Shown: piece by piece, positions 18,001 through 29,339 of the stretch
How positions within the stretch are numbered: position 1 is the stretch's first letter
Layout of the letters: each line of letters opens with the position of its first letter
NCBI GenBank assembly: GCA_965240325.2
Contig: OZ251225.1
Location: 3,038,001-3,102,000 of the forward strand
DNA length: 64,000 bases
Source of the DNA: Rebecca billardiae RCC1528
Taxonomy: Eukaryota > Protista > Haptophyta
Reading direction: 5' to 3'
Translations under genes and position numbers: made by a program
Notes under the pieces: model-generated
Told to the model about the DNA's origin: nothing
Databases searched by the model: none
What the model saw: the letters and a program-made list of their open reading frames with translations, nothing else

Positions 18001-19880
18001 GACCACCAACCGACGCTGGCAGGCGGAGGCGCAGCGCGCGTCCGCCGAGCAGCGGCGGCAGGCGGCGCTGCGCGACGCAGAGCGCCGGCTGTACCAGGAC
18101 AAGCTGGACGACCTGACGTGGGAGCGCGACTTCTGGCGCGAGGAGACGCACCGGCGGTACCTCCAGGAGGCCGCCGCCGCCGAGGCCAAGCGCCTCGACC
18201 TCGAGCGCGCGCAGCGCTCGACCGCGGGCGCGGTGGTCGACGCAGTCGTCGGCGCGGCGTCCGCGGCCGCGTCGGTCGCGGGCAGCATGCTCGGCCGCGG
18301 CGGCGGCGGCCCGGGCGGCGCGCGCGCGATCGGCGCGGCCGACCCGTCGGACGCGAGCATCGAGTTCACGCCGCTCGTGCCGCCCGGCGTGCAGGACGTC
18401 AACCCGGTCTGCCGCCCCAAGGGCTCGCCGGGCAAGGGCAAGCGCGGCGGCCGCGGCCGCGGCGGCCGTGGCGGCGGCGGCGCGGGCGGCGCGGGCGGCG
18501 GCGACGCAGCCGCCGCCTCCGCCGCCGCAAAGGGGGGCGCCGCTGCCTCCGCCTCGTCGAGCGTCGGCGGCGCGCCCGCGGCGGCGTCTCCGTGGTCGGA
18601 CGAGGTGCTCGAGTACGCCGAGTACATGGGCCTCGACCCCGCCACCGACGCCGAGCTCATGTGGATCGCAGACGATCTCCGCTCGGCGCCGCTCCCGCCC
18701 GGCTGGGCGCTGCAGCGCGACCCCACGGGCGGTCTGTACTTCTACAACGAGGTGACGGGCGAGTCGATGCTCAAGCACCCGCTCGACCTGCAGTACAAGC
18801 AGCTGATCTCGGAGCACCGGCTCGAGCGCGCGATGACCGGCGCCAAGCCGCCCCCCGCCGAGTCCTTCGGCACGATGACGATCCGCTCGATGGAAGACTC
18901 GCTCCTCGTCGTTCCAGGCGCCGAGACGCACGTGAGCGCGCGGCTGGCCGTGCCGTCCGCGCCCGCCGCCGGCTCGGCGTCGGCCGCCTCGCTGCTGCTG
19001 CCGCAGTACGTGCTGCACACGGTGCTGATGGCGCGGCTGATCCCGGACCGCACCGTCCCCGAGACCGTCCCCATCCTCTGGGCCTCCTGCCTGCAGCAGG
19101 ACGCGCACACAGTGATCTTCTCTCTCGCGCGAGAGGTGTACGCGGCCGCGCGCGCGCGGGCGGACTGGAGCGCGCGCGGAGGAGGAAGCGCGCGCGGAGG
19201 AGGAAGCGCGCGCGGATGCGCGGGGCGCGGAAGCGGAGGAAGGGTGGGCGCGTGGACCCCCGCGCCGCCGCGCCGCGCGCCGCCGTCTGAGCCCACGCCG
19301 CGCCCCCGCCCGCTGCGCGCGTTCGCGCGCGCACGCACATGCGCCGCAGGCGGACGGCTCCGAGTTTGCGTGCGTCGTCGCGCGCAACGCGTGCGCGCGC
19401 TCGACTCTGTACGTGACGGAGGAGGGCGCGGCGGTGGAGAAGGAGACGTCGGCGGTGGTGCTGCGCGAGCCGTTCAGCGGCGCGGGCTTCGCGCACGTCG
19501 ACGTCGTGCTGCCAATGCCGCGCGCCGACGGCAAGGCGGGCGGCGTGCCCTGCAAGCGGCGCGAGGAGCAGCTCCTCAAGCAGTACGAGGCCGGCAAGAA
19601 GGGGCAGCTGGTCGTGCTCTGCGGGCAGGTGAAGGCGGACAGCCGCTCGCTCGAGGCGACGCTCGCGCTGCCCAGCCGCGCGGCCGGCGCGGGCGGCAAG
19701 GCGAGCGCGCCGCTCATGCAGATGCGCCAGAGCGCGGGCGGCGCCGACATGGAGGTCAAGTACCGGGACAAGATCACGCCGGTGCAAGTGATGCACGTGG
19801 TGCTCACGCTCTCGCGCTGGTGGAGCATGCGCCAGGCAAGCCGGCCGCGCGGCGCGTCGCACTCGTCGCCCTCGCACTGA
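15050..19880 (+). CDS. Unconventional myosin heavy chain: motor, IQ, coiled coil, CEP164-like WW region, divergent Tubby-like tail. Exons 15050-19135 and 19350-19880
   Basis: P-loop GESGAGKT, switch I NDNSSRFGK, switch II DIFGFE, HFVRCVKPN, QLRCGGVMEAVR; IQ-like VQCQAAVRGMLAR; WW LPPGWALQRDPTGGLYFYNEVTGESMLKHP. Phase-0 intron 19136-19349 (GAG|GTGTAC...CGCAG|GCG) joins into the 19413..19880 frame. Confidence 0.93.
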
Positions 19881-20425
19881 GCGAGTGCGCGCGCGCGCCG
19901 TCAGCCCCGGCGAGGCTGGCAGCGCAGCAACTCAAGAGGCAGCGCAGCAACTCAAGATCAATTCAGCTGAACATCTCCGTACGACCATGTATTCGGCGCG
20001 CGAGCGACGCGCCTGTGCCGCGGCACTCCACGCCTGCCGCTCGGCGCTGAGCGCGCGCTGCACTGCAGTCTCAGCGCAGCTCGACTCGAAGCTGCCGCTG
20101 ATCGACAACGCAGCAGTATCCTATACGATCGAATGACACCACGATCATAAACGGCGTACAGTGTAGCAGTACTACGACATGTAGCGAGCAGCGCTCACGA
20201 CTATATCTACCGAGACCGAGTCTTAGCGCGCGGCGCGCCGCGCGGCCCGCGCGCGCAGCCGACGGGCCGCCACGCGCCAAGCGCCGCCTCGATATCATCG
20301 ATCACCAGGCTGCTCAGACGAGCTGCAATAGCGCAGCCAGCGCATGCATATACTGCTACGTATATACTACCGGCTTACCGCACGATATATGCTGCGAGGC
20401 CCGGGCGGCTCTCCGCCGGCCGGCG

Positions 20426-22783
20426 TCAGGCTGAGTCGCTCGTCGCGTGCTCTCTCATCACGCCCTCACGGCTCAGCGGGGCGCTCAGCCAGGCAGTAGT
20501 CCTGCTAGCAGCGGTAGTACCTGTGGCAGCGCGGGCTGCCGCCCGGCGGGCGGCGGCCGGCGTTGGCCAGAGCATCAGCATGCGCAGGTTCGTCGTGAGC
20601 GGCGAGAGGAGGTCGTCCACGTCCTCATCGCGACGGGTTTGCTCGCGCGACTTGCCTCCGCCCATGCCGAGCAGCGGAGGCGGCGGTGGGAGCCTGGGCG
20701 CGCCGACCACGTGCGGCGAGAAGGCGTGGTAGCAGAGCAGCCGGTCGGTGTCCGGCTCCGAGCGCACGGAGGCGTCGAGCCCGAGCGCGCGGCACTGCGC
20801 GAGCACAGCGTCGAGCAGGCGTACCGCCGCGCGGAGGTGCTCCTCGGTTGGCAGCACCTGCGGCGCGCTGCCACCGTCGGCGTCCGCGCTGCCCGGCTGC
20901 ATCTGCGCCGCATCGGCCGCGTCCTCCGCATCCTCTGCGCTCAGGACGACGCGCGCGCTCAGCACGGCGCGCGAGATGCGCACCCCCTTGGCCCGCAGCT
21001 TCTTGAGCTCTCTGACGATGCTGAAGCCGAGCCGTGCGGCAGTGTCGACGTGGCGCACGCCCACTCGCACCGGGACCACCAGCGTGTCCGCCGCCGCGGC
21101 CTCGCACCGCCCGTCCGCCATCCGCGCGCGCAGCGCGCCGAGCAGCGCCGGCAGCGCGTACTTGGACGCGCGCGCGAGCAGCACGCCGTTGCGCCCCTCG
21201 TAGCCGACGAGCCGGGCGTACCCTTTGAGCGAAGCGCGCTCGTCCGGCCGGGGCGAGAGCGTCGCCTCGAGGTGCGAGTCGTTCAGCTCGCGCATGGCCT
21301 GCCTGTCTATCGTGGCCGTGTTCGCCAGCGCCTCGCGCAGCGCGGTGCCGCGGTACTGCCGCTGGCAGAGCACACTGATCGCGTCGAGTCGCCACCGCCG
21401 GCCCGCGGCCTGCACGACGTGCGGCACGCGGTACGCGCCCTGCTCCGTGACGATCGCAAAGCGGAACGCCGGCGCGTCGGACGCGCGGTCCGCGTGCGCC
21501 GCGCTCTCGTGCCAGCGCGTGTTCGCGCTCAAGCAGCGCGCGATGGGATCGGCGCAGCGCGCGCGCGGGCCGGCCCTGCACGCGAGCGGGCACGCGCATG
21601 CGCTCGGCCGATCGTTCGGCGGCGGTTTTCTGCCCTTCTCGTCGGCCCAGGCGGGCCGGGCGAAGCCCACCTTGCCGCGCAGCAGCTGCACGAAGAGCGG
21701 GAACCCGCTGTGCACGCCCGTCACCACGTGCGGCGACATGGTGTAGTAGCACAGGTCCGCGTCCGCGTCCGGCTCGGAGCGCACGCGCGGCCGCAGCCCG
21801 AGGCCGCGCATGTGCTGCACGATCTGGTCGACGGCCTGCGCGGAGAGGGCGTCCTGGCTCGGCTTGCGCATGTACGTCGGCCGGCCGTGGTGCAGCATGA
21901 GCGGATTCGTCGCATAGTTCAGCACGCCCGACACCACCGCGCGCCGCACGACGACGCCCTTGCGCCGGAGCGTCGCCAGCTCGGCGTCCACTCGCTCGAG
22001 CAGCGGCGGCACGGAGTTTTTGTCGACCGCGTCGCCGAGTCGCGTGTAGATGACAAGCGTGTCGAGCGAGGCGGGCGCGCACCGGCCGTCGCGCACGCGC
22101 GGGCGCATGCCGTACACGAGCAGGCTCAGCGCCTTGGGCAATCGGAAGACAAGGCCGTTGCCGCCGTCCGTGCCGGTCAAACGCACATGGCCCGCTGGGG
22201 ACAAGCGCGGGTTGTCCGAGCGTGCGGCGAGGGCGGCCTCAAAGGCGTCGGCGCCGCGCTCGCGCACACGCGTCTGTACCGTCTGGTGGTCGAAGAGTGC
22301 CCACCGCTCCATCGCCTCGCGCAGCAGCGTGCCGCGGTACCGCTCCTCGCACAGCACGATCGCCGAGTCCAGCCGCCACCGCTGGCCGCGCCCGCGCGCG
22401 AGGTCAGAGATCCGATAGACTGTGTTCCAGTCGAGGATGGCGAGACGGTAGTGCAGCGCGTCGGCAGGGCGGCCGTCGCGCGGCGGCGTGTACCAGCGCA
22501 CGCGCGGCACGCACCGCGCGATCGGGTCGAAGCAGTGCGACGGGTCGAGCGTCGAGGTGGGCTCGCACGTGCGCGAGCACGCGCACGCCGTCGCGCGGAG
22601 CCGCAGAGACTGGTTGACGACGGTGGACGGGACGCCGTGCGTGCCCGGCTCGACAGTGAGGCTTACCGTCCCGTCGGGCAGGTAGACGCGCGGCTCGGGC
22701 GCGCGTGGTGTGCCATCCGCGAGACACCCCCACGCCAGCACGGTGGCCGCGAACAAGCGCGCCATCGTTGGTGGCACTGTCAT
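20426..22783 (-). CDS. Secreted/type II protein with two tandem fucosyltransferase-superfamily (GT11/GT23-like) domains
   Basis: 785-aa ORF with hydrophobic N-terminus. Internal duplication (RWRLDSAIVLC..YRGT, DTLV, VRSEPD, SPHVV each twice). DTLVIYTRLGD and DLCYYTMSPHVVTGVHSGF resemble the HxRxGD and D..S..SxF nucleotide-sugar motifs. Gene existence is more certain than its function. Confidence 0.6.
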   Translation of the reverse strand: MTVPPTMARLFAATVLAWGCLADGTPRAPEPRVYLPDGTVSLTVEPGTHGVPSTVVNQSLRLRATACACSRTCEPTSTLDPSHCFDPIARCVPRVRWYTPPRDGRPADALHYRLAILDWNTVYRISDLARGRGQRWRLDSAIVLCEERYRGTLLREAMERWALFDHQTVQTRVRERGADAFEAALAARSDNPRLSPAGHVRLTGTDGGNGLVFRLPKALSLLVYGMRPRVRDGRCAPASLDTLVIYTRLGDAVDKNSVPPLLERVDAELATLRRKGVVVRRAVVSGVLNYATNPLMLHHGRPTYMRKPSQDALSAQAVDQIVQHMRGLGLRPRVRSEPDADADLCYYTMSPHVVTGVHSGFPLFVQLLRGKVGFARPAWADEKGRKPPPNDRPSACACPLACRAGPRARCADPIARCLSANTRWHESAAHADRASDAPAFRFAIVTEQGAYRVPHVVQAAGRRWRLDAISVLCQRQYRGTALREALANTATIDRQAMRELNDSHLEATLSPRPDERASLKGYARLVGYEGRNGVLLARASKYALPALLGALRARMADGRCEAAAADTLVVPVRVGVRHVDTAARLGFSIVRELKKLRAKGVRISRAVLSARVVLSAEDAEDAADAAQMQPGSADADGGSAPQVLPTEEHLRAAVRLLDAVLAQCRALGLDASVRSEPDTDRLLCYHAFSPHVVGAPRLPPPPPLLGMGGGKSREQTRRDEDVDDLLSPLTTNLRMLMLWPTPAAARRAAARAATGTTAASRTTAWLSAPLSREGVMREHATSDSA

Positions 22784-23440
22784 TCATTGTGTTGCACTAC
22801 GACATTAAATATGAGTATACGGGTACTACTCACACACATATATATATTGCAAACATGGCGTACGTCTATCATAAAGGTCTCGCCGTCGTCGTCATACTGC
22901 TTGGCAAGGTAGACAAGCTTGATGATAGTAAAGCCCGCTACCTATACCTACCTTAATTATCAAATACCGCTCGGGCTCCCAAAAATAATGTACACTACTC
23001 ACTAGCTATCGCTGGTCATACTGATACTTCGTTACGATGATCGCTATGGCCCGCGGTGCAGGGCGGATCGCGTAGCGTGGAGCCCGGCCGGGGGACCTCA
23101 CTAATTCTATGATTTAAAGACACAGGCACGAGGGCGCAGCTCTCCTGATTCGTCTGTAGTGGTACTGGTCGAAGCTTGCAGCAGTGGCAGTGGTGTGAGC
23201 GCGTTGATGTTGGTCCCCATGGCGGATGTCGTTGTTGTCGTCGTCCGGACGTCGTCAGGCCCACCAGGAAGTGCATGGGTACGAAATCAAAGGCGAGTGA
23301 GCATGTTGGCGTCGGCCAGGCCGTCCCCTACTTGGTCAGCAGCTGGTGCGGATGATGTCGTCGCCTACTTGGTCAGTGGCAGGTCATGGTGGACGATGGT
23401 GTAGCCTGTTCTTGGTCAGCAGCTGGTGGAGGATGTTGTG

Positions 23441-23699
23441 GCCGAAGTTAGTAGTAGTTGGACTCGCCTGAGTTAGTAGTAGTTGGACTCGCCGAAGTTG
23501 GTAGTAGTTGGACTCGCCGAAGTTAGTAGTAGTTGGACTCGCCGAAGTTAGTAGTAGTTGGACTCGCCGAAGTTGGTAGTAGTAGTTGGACTCCCCGAAG
23601 TTAGTAGTAGTTGGACTCGCCGAAGTTAGTAGTAGTTGGACTCGCCGAAGTTAGTAGTAGTTGGACTCGCCGAAGTTAGTAGTAGTTGGACTCGCCGAA
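23441..23699. repeat. 25-bp minisatellite, 10 copies plus a partial (GCCGAAGTTAGTAGTAGTTGGACTC)
   Basis: Head-to-tail copies without spacers; one copy has an extra GTA. Confidence 0.97.
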
Positions 23700-24274
23700 A
23701 ATTACGTTGTCAACAAGATCTTTTATGATCAAAGAAAAGGGGACGAGGGACGATTTTGACGGTTTTCGCCGCTTTTTGAGGGGGCCCTATTGTACCCATC
23801 GGTCGACGAAAACAGGGCGTGCCCGGGGCCAATACGCCTATCTATGGACGGGCGTGGGATCACAGTACCCGGCCGTCAATTTGTCAGTATTTCTGGGTGA
23901 ACGAATCTAAGTTCTCATACGGTATTGCCAAATAGGACGAGGACCATGGAGGTCCTACGTACTGTTTCGGATCAAACTCAGCACGTGCGTATTGCGCGCC
24001 GGCTCGCGCCTCGCGGTTTGCCCACGCGCGGGTTATGACCCGCCGAACCGGACAGAACGTGGGCGGCGTTGTTTGTACTTGTGGTTACTACGGGTATTGG
24101 TCATTGGCGGTAGATCGATATTGGTAGTTTAAGAAGATCGACGCGATGCGATGACAAAACTAATACTAATGAGTACGACTCGACTTTACTAACGATGACG
24201 AACCTCACGAACCTGCTTTGCGCTGCCAAATAGGAGTGAATAGGACTTGATGCTGGTTGGTTAAATATCGACTG

Positions 24275-24277
<3 letters not shown>

Positions 24278-24368
<91 letters not shown>

Positions 24369-24369
24369 T
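24278..24369. repeat. Compound (TA)n(CA)n microsatellite
   Basis: Directly visible; flanked by near-direct repeats TCGACTTTACTAACGA at ~24180 and ~24394. Confidence 0.97.
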
Positions 24370-25243
24370 ACTACTCTGAGCTTAGTCAACTGCTCGACTT
24401 TACTAACGACGAACCTTTGCGCTCACCCTTCATTGCTTCAAGGGCCTGGCGATGGCGGCCCCGGGCGCTGCGCCAGCGCGCCGCAACGGACACGGTGAAC
24501 GGACCAAGTAATAGGACGAAAACACTCGGTTCTTACCCGCGCGCGCGCCACCTGCGTAGCGCGCCGCGCCGGTGCGCGGTGGTGACGGGGGCCGGCCGGC
24601 GGCGGCCGCTGGTCTCGCCATCGCGCTCCCTTGTACTACTCGCTTCCTCGCGTCGATCTCCCAGCGCCTCGCCTCGCGCACCAAGGTGGACAAGCTGGGC
24701 ACCGGCGGAGAGCTTGCCGCGCCCTGTTGGCGGCTTGAGAGACGCCGCCGAGCTCGGAGCTGCAGAAGACGATCGGCACGGCCGACACCGCAGTGAGGTT
24801 TCATGGTGGCGCGGACGGGTACTTCCTCAGCAGTGGCCGCCAACCACTACCATCGTCGGACAACCCGCCAAGACGTGGTCGTGGGGAATCGACGACCAAG
24901 CCGGTAGCTCGCCAGGCCAATGCCTCGCCAAGCGACGCATGGCTGCCAAACGTCACCAGGAACCCAGAACTTTGGGTGCTTAGGCCCAGGAGAGGCGGCC
25001 GCAAGCCGGGCAACCCCTGACGGCGTTGGGAGTGATGGCGGATGGAGCTGGTGGGCACCCAGGCCCAAGAAGATGATGACGTGAAGCAGGAGTGGTCGTC
25101 TTGCTCTGGCATCAATGATGCAAGCCATCAATGATGCAAGAGCAAGAGCTGCTGCTTTGAGGCAGATGCCATTCATTCAATCCAAGTCCAACTGGCGGGT
25201 GCAAGCTGGACACGGCCAAGCCCAAGCGCGCTTGACGAAGGCG

Positions 25244-25765
25244 TCACAAGCGTGTGAGGGCGATGCGTGTCACGATTGCGTCCAGAAGCGGCCCCACGCG
25301 AGTCTCGGCCTCGCTCACCTTGTACAGCTTGCGCACGAGTGCCTCGTCGCAAGCAGAGCTTAGAGTTGCCACATCCACTTGCGTGCCATGAACCCGCTCG
25401 CGGAGGCGATCTGCAGCTTGGCCTTCGAATGTCGCGAGCACTAGCCGGGTCGACGACTCGCTCGCACCGAACCTGCGGAAGGCGTCGTTAATTTGCTTGG
25501 ATGCTGACACCGCATACACGATCTCCGAGTGGACGTGGTGGGTCGCCAGCTTTCCATTCGCTGCTGCATGCACCGCCTGCAGAGCAGCCGCTGCGAGTTG
25601 CACTGGGTGCAAAATAGCGCGCGCATCCATGGCAGCAAAGTCCGCAGCGGGCTGCCGCACCCACTGGCAGACATCAGCGGCATTTGTCACCGACTCGAAC
25701 ACGAGGACGTGCAGCTGATGGCCTCCAGCGATCTCCATGACGGCAGTGTTAGCAGCCGCCGCCAT
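25244..25765 (-). CDS. CGI121: EKC/KEOPS complex subunit CGI121/TPRKB
   Basis: 173 aa; FESVTNA, DARAILHPVQL..AA..A, KLATHHVHSEIVYAVSASKQINDAFRRFG, VRKLYKV match the CGI-121 family pattern and size. Confidence 0.92.
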   Translation of the reverse strand: MAAAANTAVMEIAGGHQLHVLVFESVTNAADVCQWVRQPAADFAAMDARAILHPVQLAAAALQAVHAAANGKLATHHVHSEIVYAVSASKQINDAFRRFGASESSTRLVLATFEGQAADRLRERVHGTQVDVATLSSACDEALVRKLYKVSEAETRVGPLLDAIVTRIALTRL

Positions 25766-25939
25766 CGTCGCCTGAGCCGGAGTCGATGTCGTCGTCGTCT
25801 CGTCGATACTTTGGCATCAGTCTTTATTTTTTTCTAAATGTCGTCTGATCAAATTGATGAGCCTGCCACTGGTGAGCAGCCTCCTGGCTGATTATTGAGA
25901 CGATCGATCGACCGGCGATTCAGTCACTACAGTACTCAT

Positions 25940-27333
25940 TCAGCTCACATCTGGGTGGCAGGTCGGGCGCGAGATTTTGTACGCGAGCCCTCGCGTCTTC
26001 GCGGAGACGCCCGCCGAGTATCGCGCCCCCTTGTCGGCGGGCGGCCGCGGAATCGTGAACGGTGTGCGGCCCCTGACGAATTCTCGTCGCTCGTGCCTGT
26101 CGCGCGGCACGTGGCTCGAGCATGCGGAGTAGCACGGGAGCTTCTGCGTCTGCCTGAACACGCCATTGTCGTTCAGGCTCACGTGCCAGCACGCGGTGAA
26201 GTCCTCCATCGCGGGTGAGATGAGCAGGTAGGAGTCTGCACGCGCGAGCACACGGGTAGACGGCGCCGGGCTCGCGTGAGGCAGCGCGCCGCACCCGATC
26301 CCTGCGCCCACGCGGCACGCCCGCGCGCCCGCGCAGGCCGACGCGTCCCCGCGCGCCTCCGCGCGCCCGTGCACGCACAGCACATCTCTGTCAATATCGA
26401 GATCCCTGCGATCGTCAGCTCGCGCCGCGCGGTGGAGTTGTACTCGCACGTGACCTGCAGCGCATCGCCGGGGCGCACGATCACCGGCGGGTCGAGCAGG
26501 TCGACCGGCGCGGCGTGGTAGTTGAAGCGCGGGTACACGCCGAAGGGCGTCCGGCTGCCATCGGCGTGCACGACCTCTGTGAGCACGCGGTGGCCGAGCA
26601 TGTGCATGTGCTGGTTCACCGCGATCACCTCGAAGTGCGGTGCACGCGCGTGCGCGAGCCTGGTGCGAAAGCACTCGGGCGCGCACACCGAGGCCACCTT
26701 GAACGCAGGCGCGGCCGGCGGGATGTGGATCATCCCCCAGCGAGGCCCGAGCTCGAAGAACTGGTACGCGGTCACGGCCGGGCCGGGCTCGACCAGCTGC
26801 AGCTGGAAGCCGGACGAGTCGCGGAAGCTCGCACGGTGCAGCTGCTCGATCGCGGTGATGTTGGCGGCGTTGGGCGCCTTGTAGTGCACCTGCAGGAGCG
26901 CGCCCCTCGCGGGCAGCTTGATCGCCTTGCCCGGCGGGAGCGTCAACCCCTCGCCGCCGTTGTACGTGTACATCATGCGCTCGCAGCCCGGCCAGAACGG
27001 CTTCTTCGTGCACTCCCACGACTTGTCGCCGCGGCGCATCTGGTCGGTGAGCTCGGCGTCGTCTGCGCAGTGGTAGATCGAGATGTGGTGGACGTACCGC
27101 TGATTCTGCGGCGGGTCGAACACCGGCGTGACCTTTGTGAGGAGCAAGGGCGAGCTCATCTGCAGCGCGTCCATCCGCATATACGCGCACTGGTACACGT
27201 CCTTGCGCACTATGATGGGCGCGTCGTGGTGCGTGATTCGGACGGATCCGGCGCCCTCGACCTCGCTCCGGCCGATCGAGGCGAGGAGCACGGCCGTCAG
27301 CGCGGCCGACGCCTGCGGCGCCCGCGCAGCCAT
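25940..27333 (-). CDS. Copper type II ascorbate-dependent monooxygenase (DBH/MOXD1/PHM family). Exons 27333-26379 and 26235-25940
   Basis: Signal-like N-terminus; CuH ligands YVHHI and LQVHY; DSSG; CuM ligands QHMHMLG and TEMC; RPGDALQVTCEYNS. Intron 26378-26236 (T|GTGCG...TGCAG|AC) restores EMCYSYLL. Confidence 0.9.
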
Positions 27334-27684
27334 CGGTTCGACGGCGTGCTCGGAGATTACGGTAACCAGTACCGATCTACGCTAGTAATGTTTTCAAACC
27401 GTTACCCGCACAAGCGGTCCTTGTTCCTTGTTCGCCGCATGATCGGCAATGCCAATGTAATATGACGATGTAGTAGTGTGCTTGGGCAAACCCGCCGAGG
27501 CTTACGGGTTACGCTATATCGGTAGGCCTCAACGTAAGGAGTGTCGCGGAGTGTAGAACGCGCTTGGGCAATCCGAGGACTTACTGTTACTGCTACGGCC
27601 ACTGTCGTTGACGGTTGGTCAGGCGCGCGGGCGCCGTTCGAACAAAGCCGCACACGCCACGCGGCTGCCGCTGCCGCCGCAGCA

Positions 27685-29087
27685 ATGCCGCTTCGCGTGT
27701 ACACCGCGACCGATCGCAAGGAGCAGCGAGTGCTGATGGTGGTGGCGCTGAAGAAGATGCGCCAGCGCGAGGTGCAGAACAACGCCGTACGTCGCGCTCG
27801 ATGGCTGCGCGTCGCCCTTATGGTCGGGGCGATGCTCGTGTCGCCGGATCGCGACCAGTCCAACCCCTGGGGCAACCCCCTCCGCGCGCTTCAGCCGCCG
27901 TGGACCATCGACACGTACACCGACAACCAGATGTACGCGATGACTCGGTTCAAGGTGCACGAGGTATGCGAGCTCGTGGAGGCGTTCCGCGCGCACCCAA
28001 GCGTTCCAGACTACCTCGTGACAGACCGCCGCGAGAAGTTCTCTCTGCTCGAGGCGACGGTGGTCCTCCTGTACCGCATGCGTGCGTACGACCCGTGGGA
28101 GCTGCTCGTGGACAAGCTCGGTGGACGCTCGGTGCCGTCATACAACCGAGTGTTCTGGCGGATGATCCACCTCTTGTACGACCACTTCTCATGGTGCCTC
28201 AAGGATCTGACACGGTGGGCCTATCACCTGCGCAGTTGGGCTGATCTTATCCGCGCACACGGTGCGCCTGAAGCTGACGTCGTTGGCTTCGTCGATGGCA
28301 CCGCGCGGCGATGGTGCAAGCCACTCTGGATGGAGGACTTGATGTACAACAACTACTACAAGTTTCATGGGCTCAAATACGTGCGTGCCTGCGTGTGCAA
28401 ACACACGCCGCGCGCGCGCCGCGCGCGCGCAGAGCTGCACGTGCTTGCGCCCCGCGCGCGCCGCGCGCCACGCTATGCTGATCGCATGGCATCCTGCCCC
28501 TGACGCACGCAGCAAGGTGTGGGGTGCGTTCTCGGCCTGATCATCGACTTCTGGGGCCCAATCTCTATCCGCAACTCGGACGCGTTCATGTACGGCGAGT
28601 CGGGCTTGGACGGCAGGCTGGCTGCGCTGAGCGCGGTGTTGGGTTGGAATGTCGCCGTGTACGGCGACTCGGCATACGCCTACGGCAGGTGCGCCTGCGC
28701 GCACAGCGCGCTTCGCATCACCAGCGCACGCCTGACACTTCCCCACTCTGGACGCACGCTCGCAACGCGCGCAGGCACTGCAAGCGAGGGTACAAGGGCG
28801 CCATGTCAGCAGTCAAGCGGATGTACAACACTGCGATGAACACGCACCGCCAGGTCGCGGAGAACATGTACGGCGTGATCGTCCGTGACTGGCCGTACGT
28901 TGACAACTGGAAGGTGCAGAAGCTAGGCAGAGGCGTCCCGTACGGCAAGGTGTACTGGGCGGCAGCGTTGCTCTCCAACGTGAGGACGCTCAAGTATGGC
29001 AATAACGTGGCTGTCAAGTACGACTTGATGCACACGATGCCCAGCATCCACGAGTACTTGCACAACCAAGTCCTCCCCGCACCGTGA
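27685..29087 (+). CDS. Harbinger/HARBI1-like DDE transposase, 394 aa. Exons 27685-28380, 28513-28688, 28775-29087
   Basis: [50 protein letters not shown] give an intact D-D-E triad; both GT-AG introns keep frame. Confidence 0.92.
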
Positions 29088-29088
29088 T

Positions 29089-29099
29089 TATATATATAT

Positions 29100-29190
<91 letters not shown>
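29089..29190. repeat. (TA)n microsatellite right after the transposase stop
   Basis: Directly visible. Confidence 0.97.
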
Positions 29191-29193
<3 letters not shown>

Positions 29194-29339
29194 CGACGCT
29201 GCGCTGTATACTGCGCACGCACGACTCGATATGGCTATCACGCGGTTGCCGCCATCTATATAGTATTGATACCGTCATCGTCAGCCGACTGATCGATCAA
29301 CACCGCGCCGCGTCGTCAGCACATGCGAATCATTCTCGC

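Noticed and set aside
19136-20050. C-terminus of the 1714-aa myosin ORF as listed in the track
   Set aside because: Reads through a GT-AG intron into a low-complexity wrong frame; the spliced form ends at 19880.
23441-23699. CRISPR-like array
   Set aside because: Units are contiguous with no unique spacers, no cas genes, and the context is eukaryotic.
24417-25176. Possible gene fragments downstream of CGI121
   Set aside because: Short overlapping ORFs with no motif or consistent frame.
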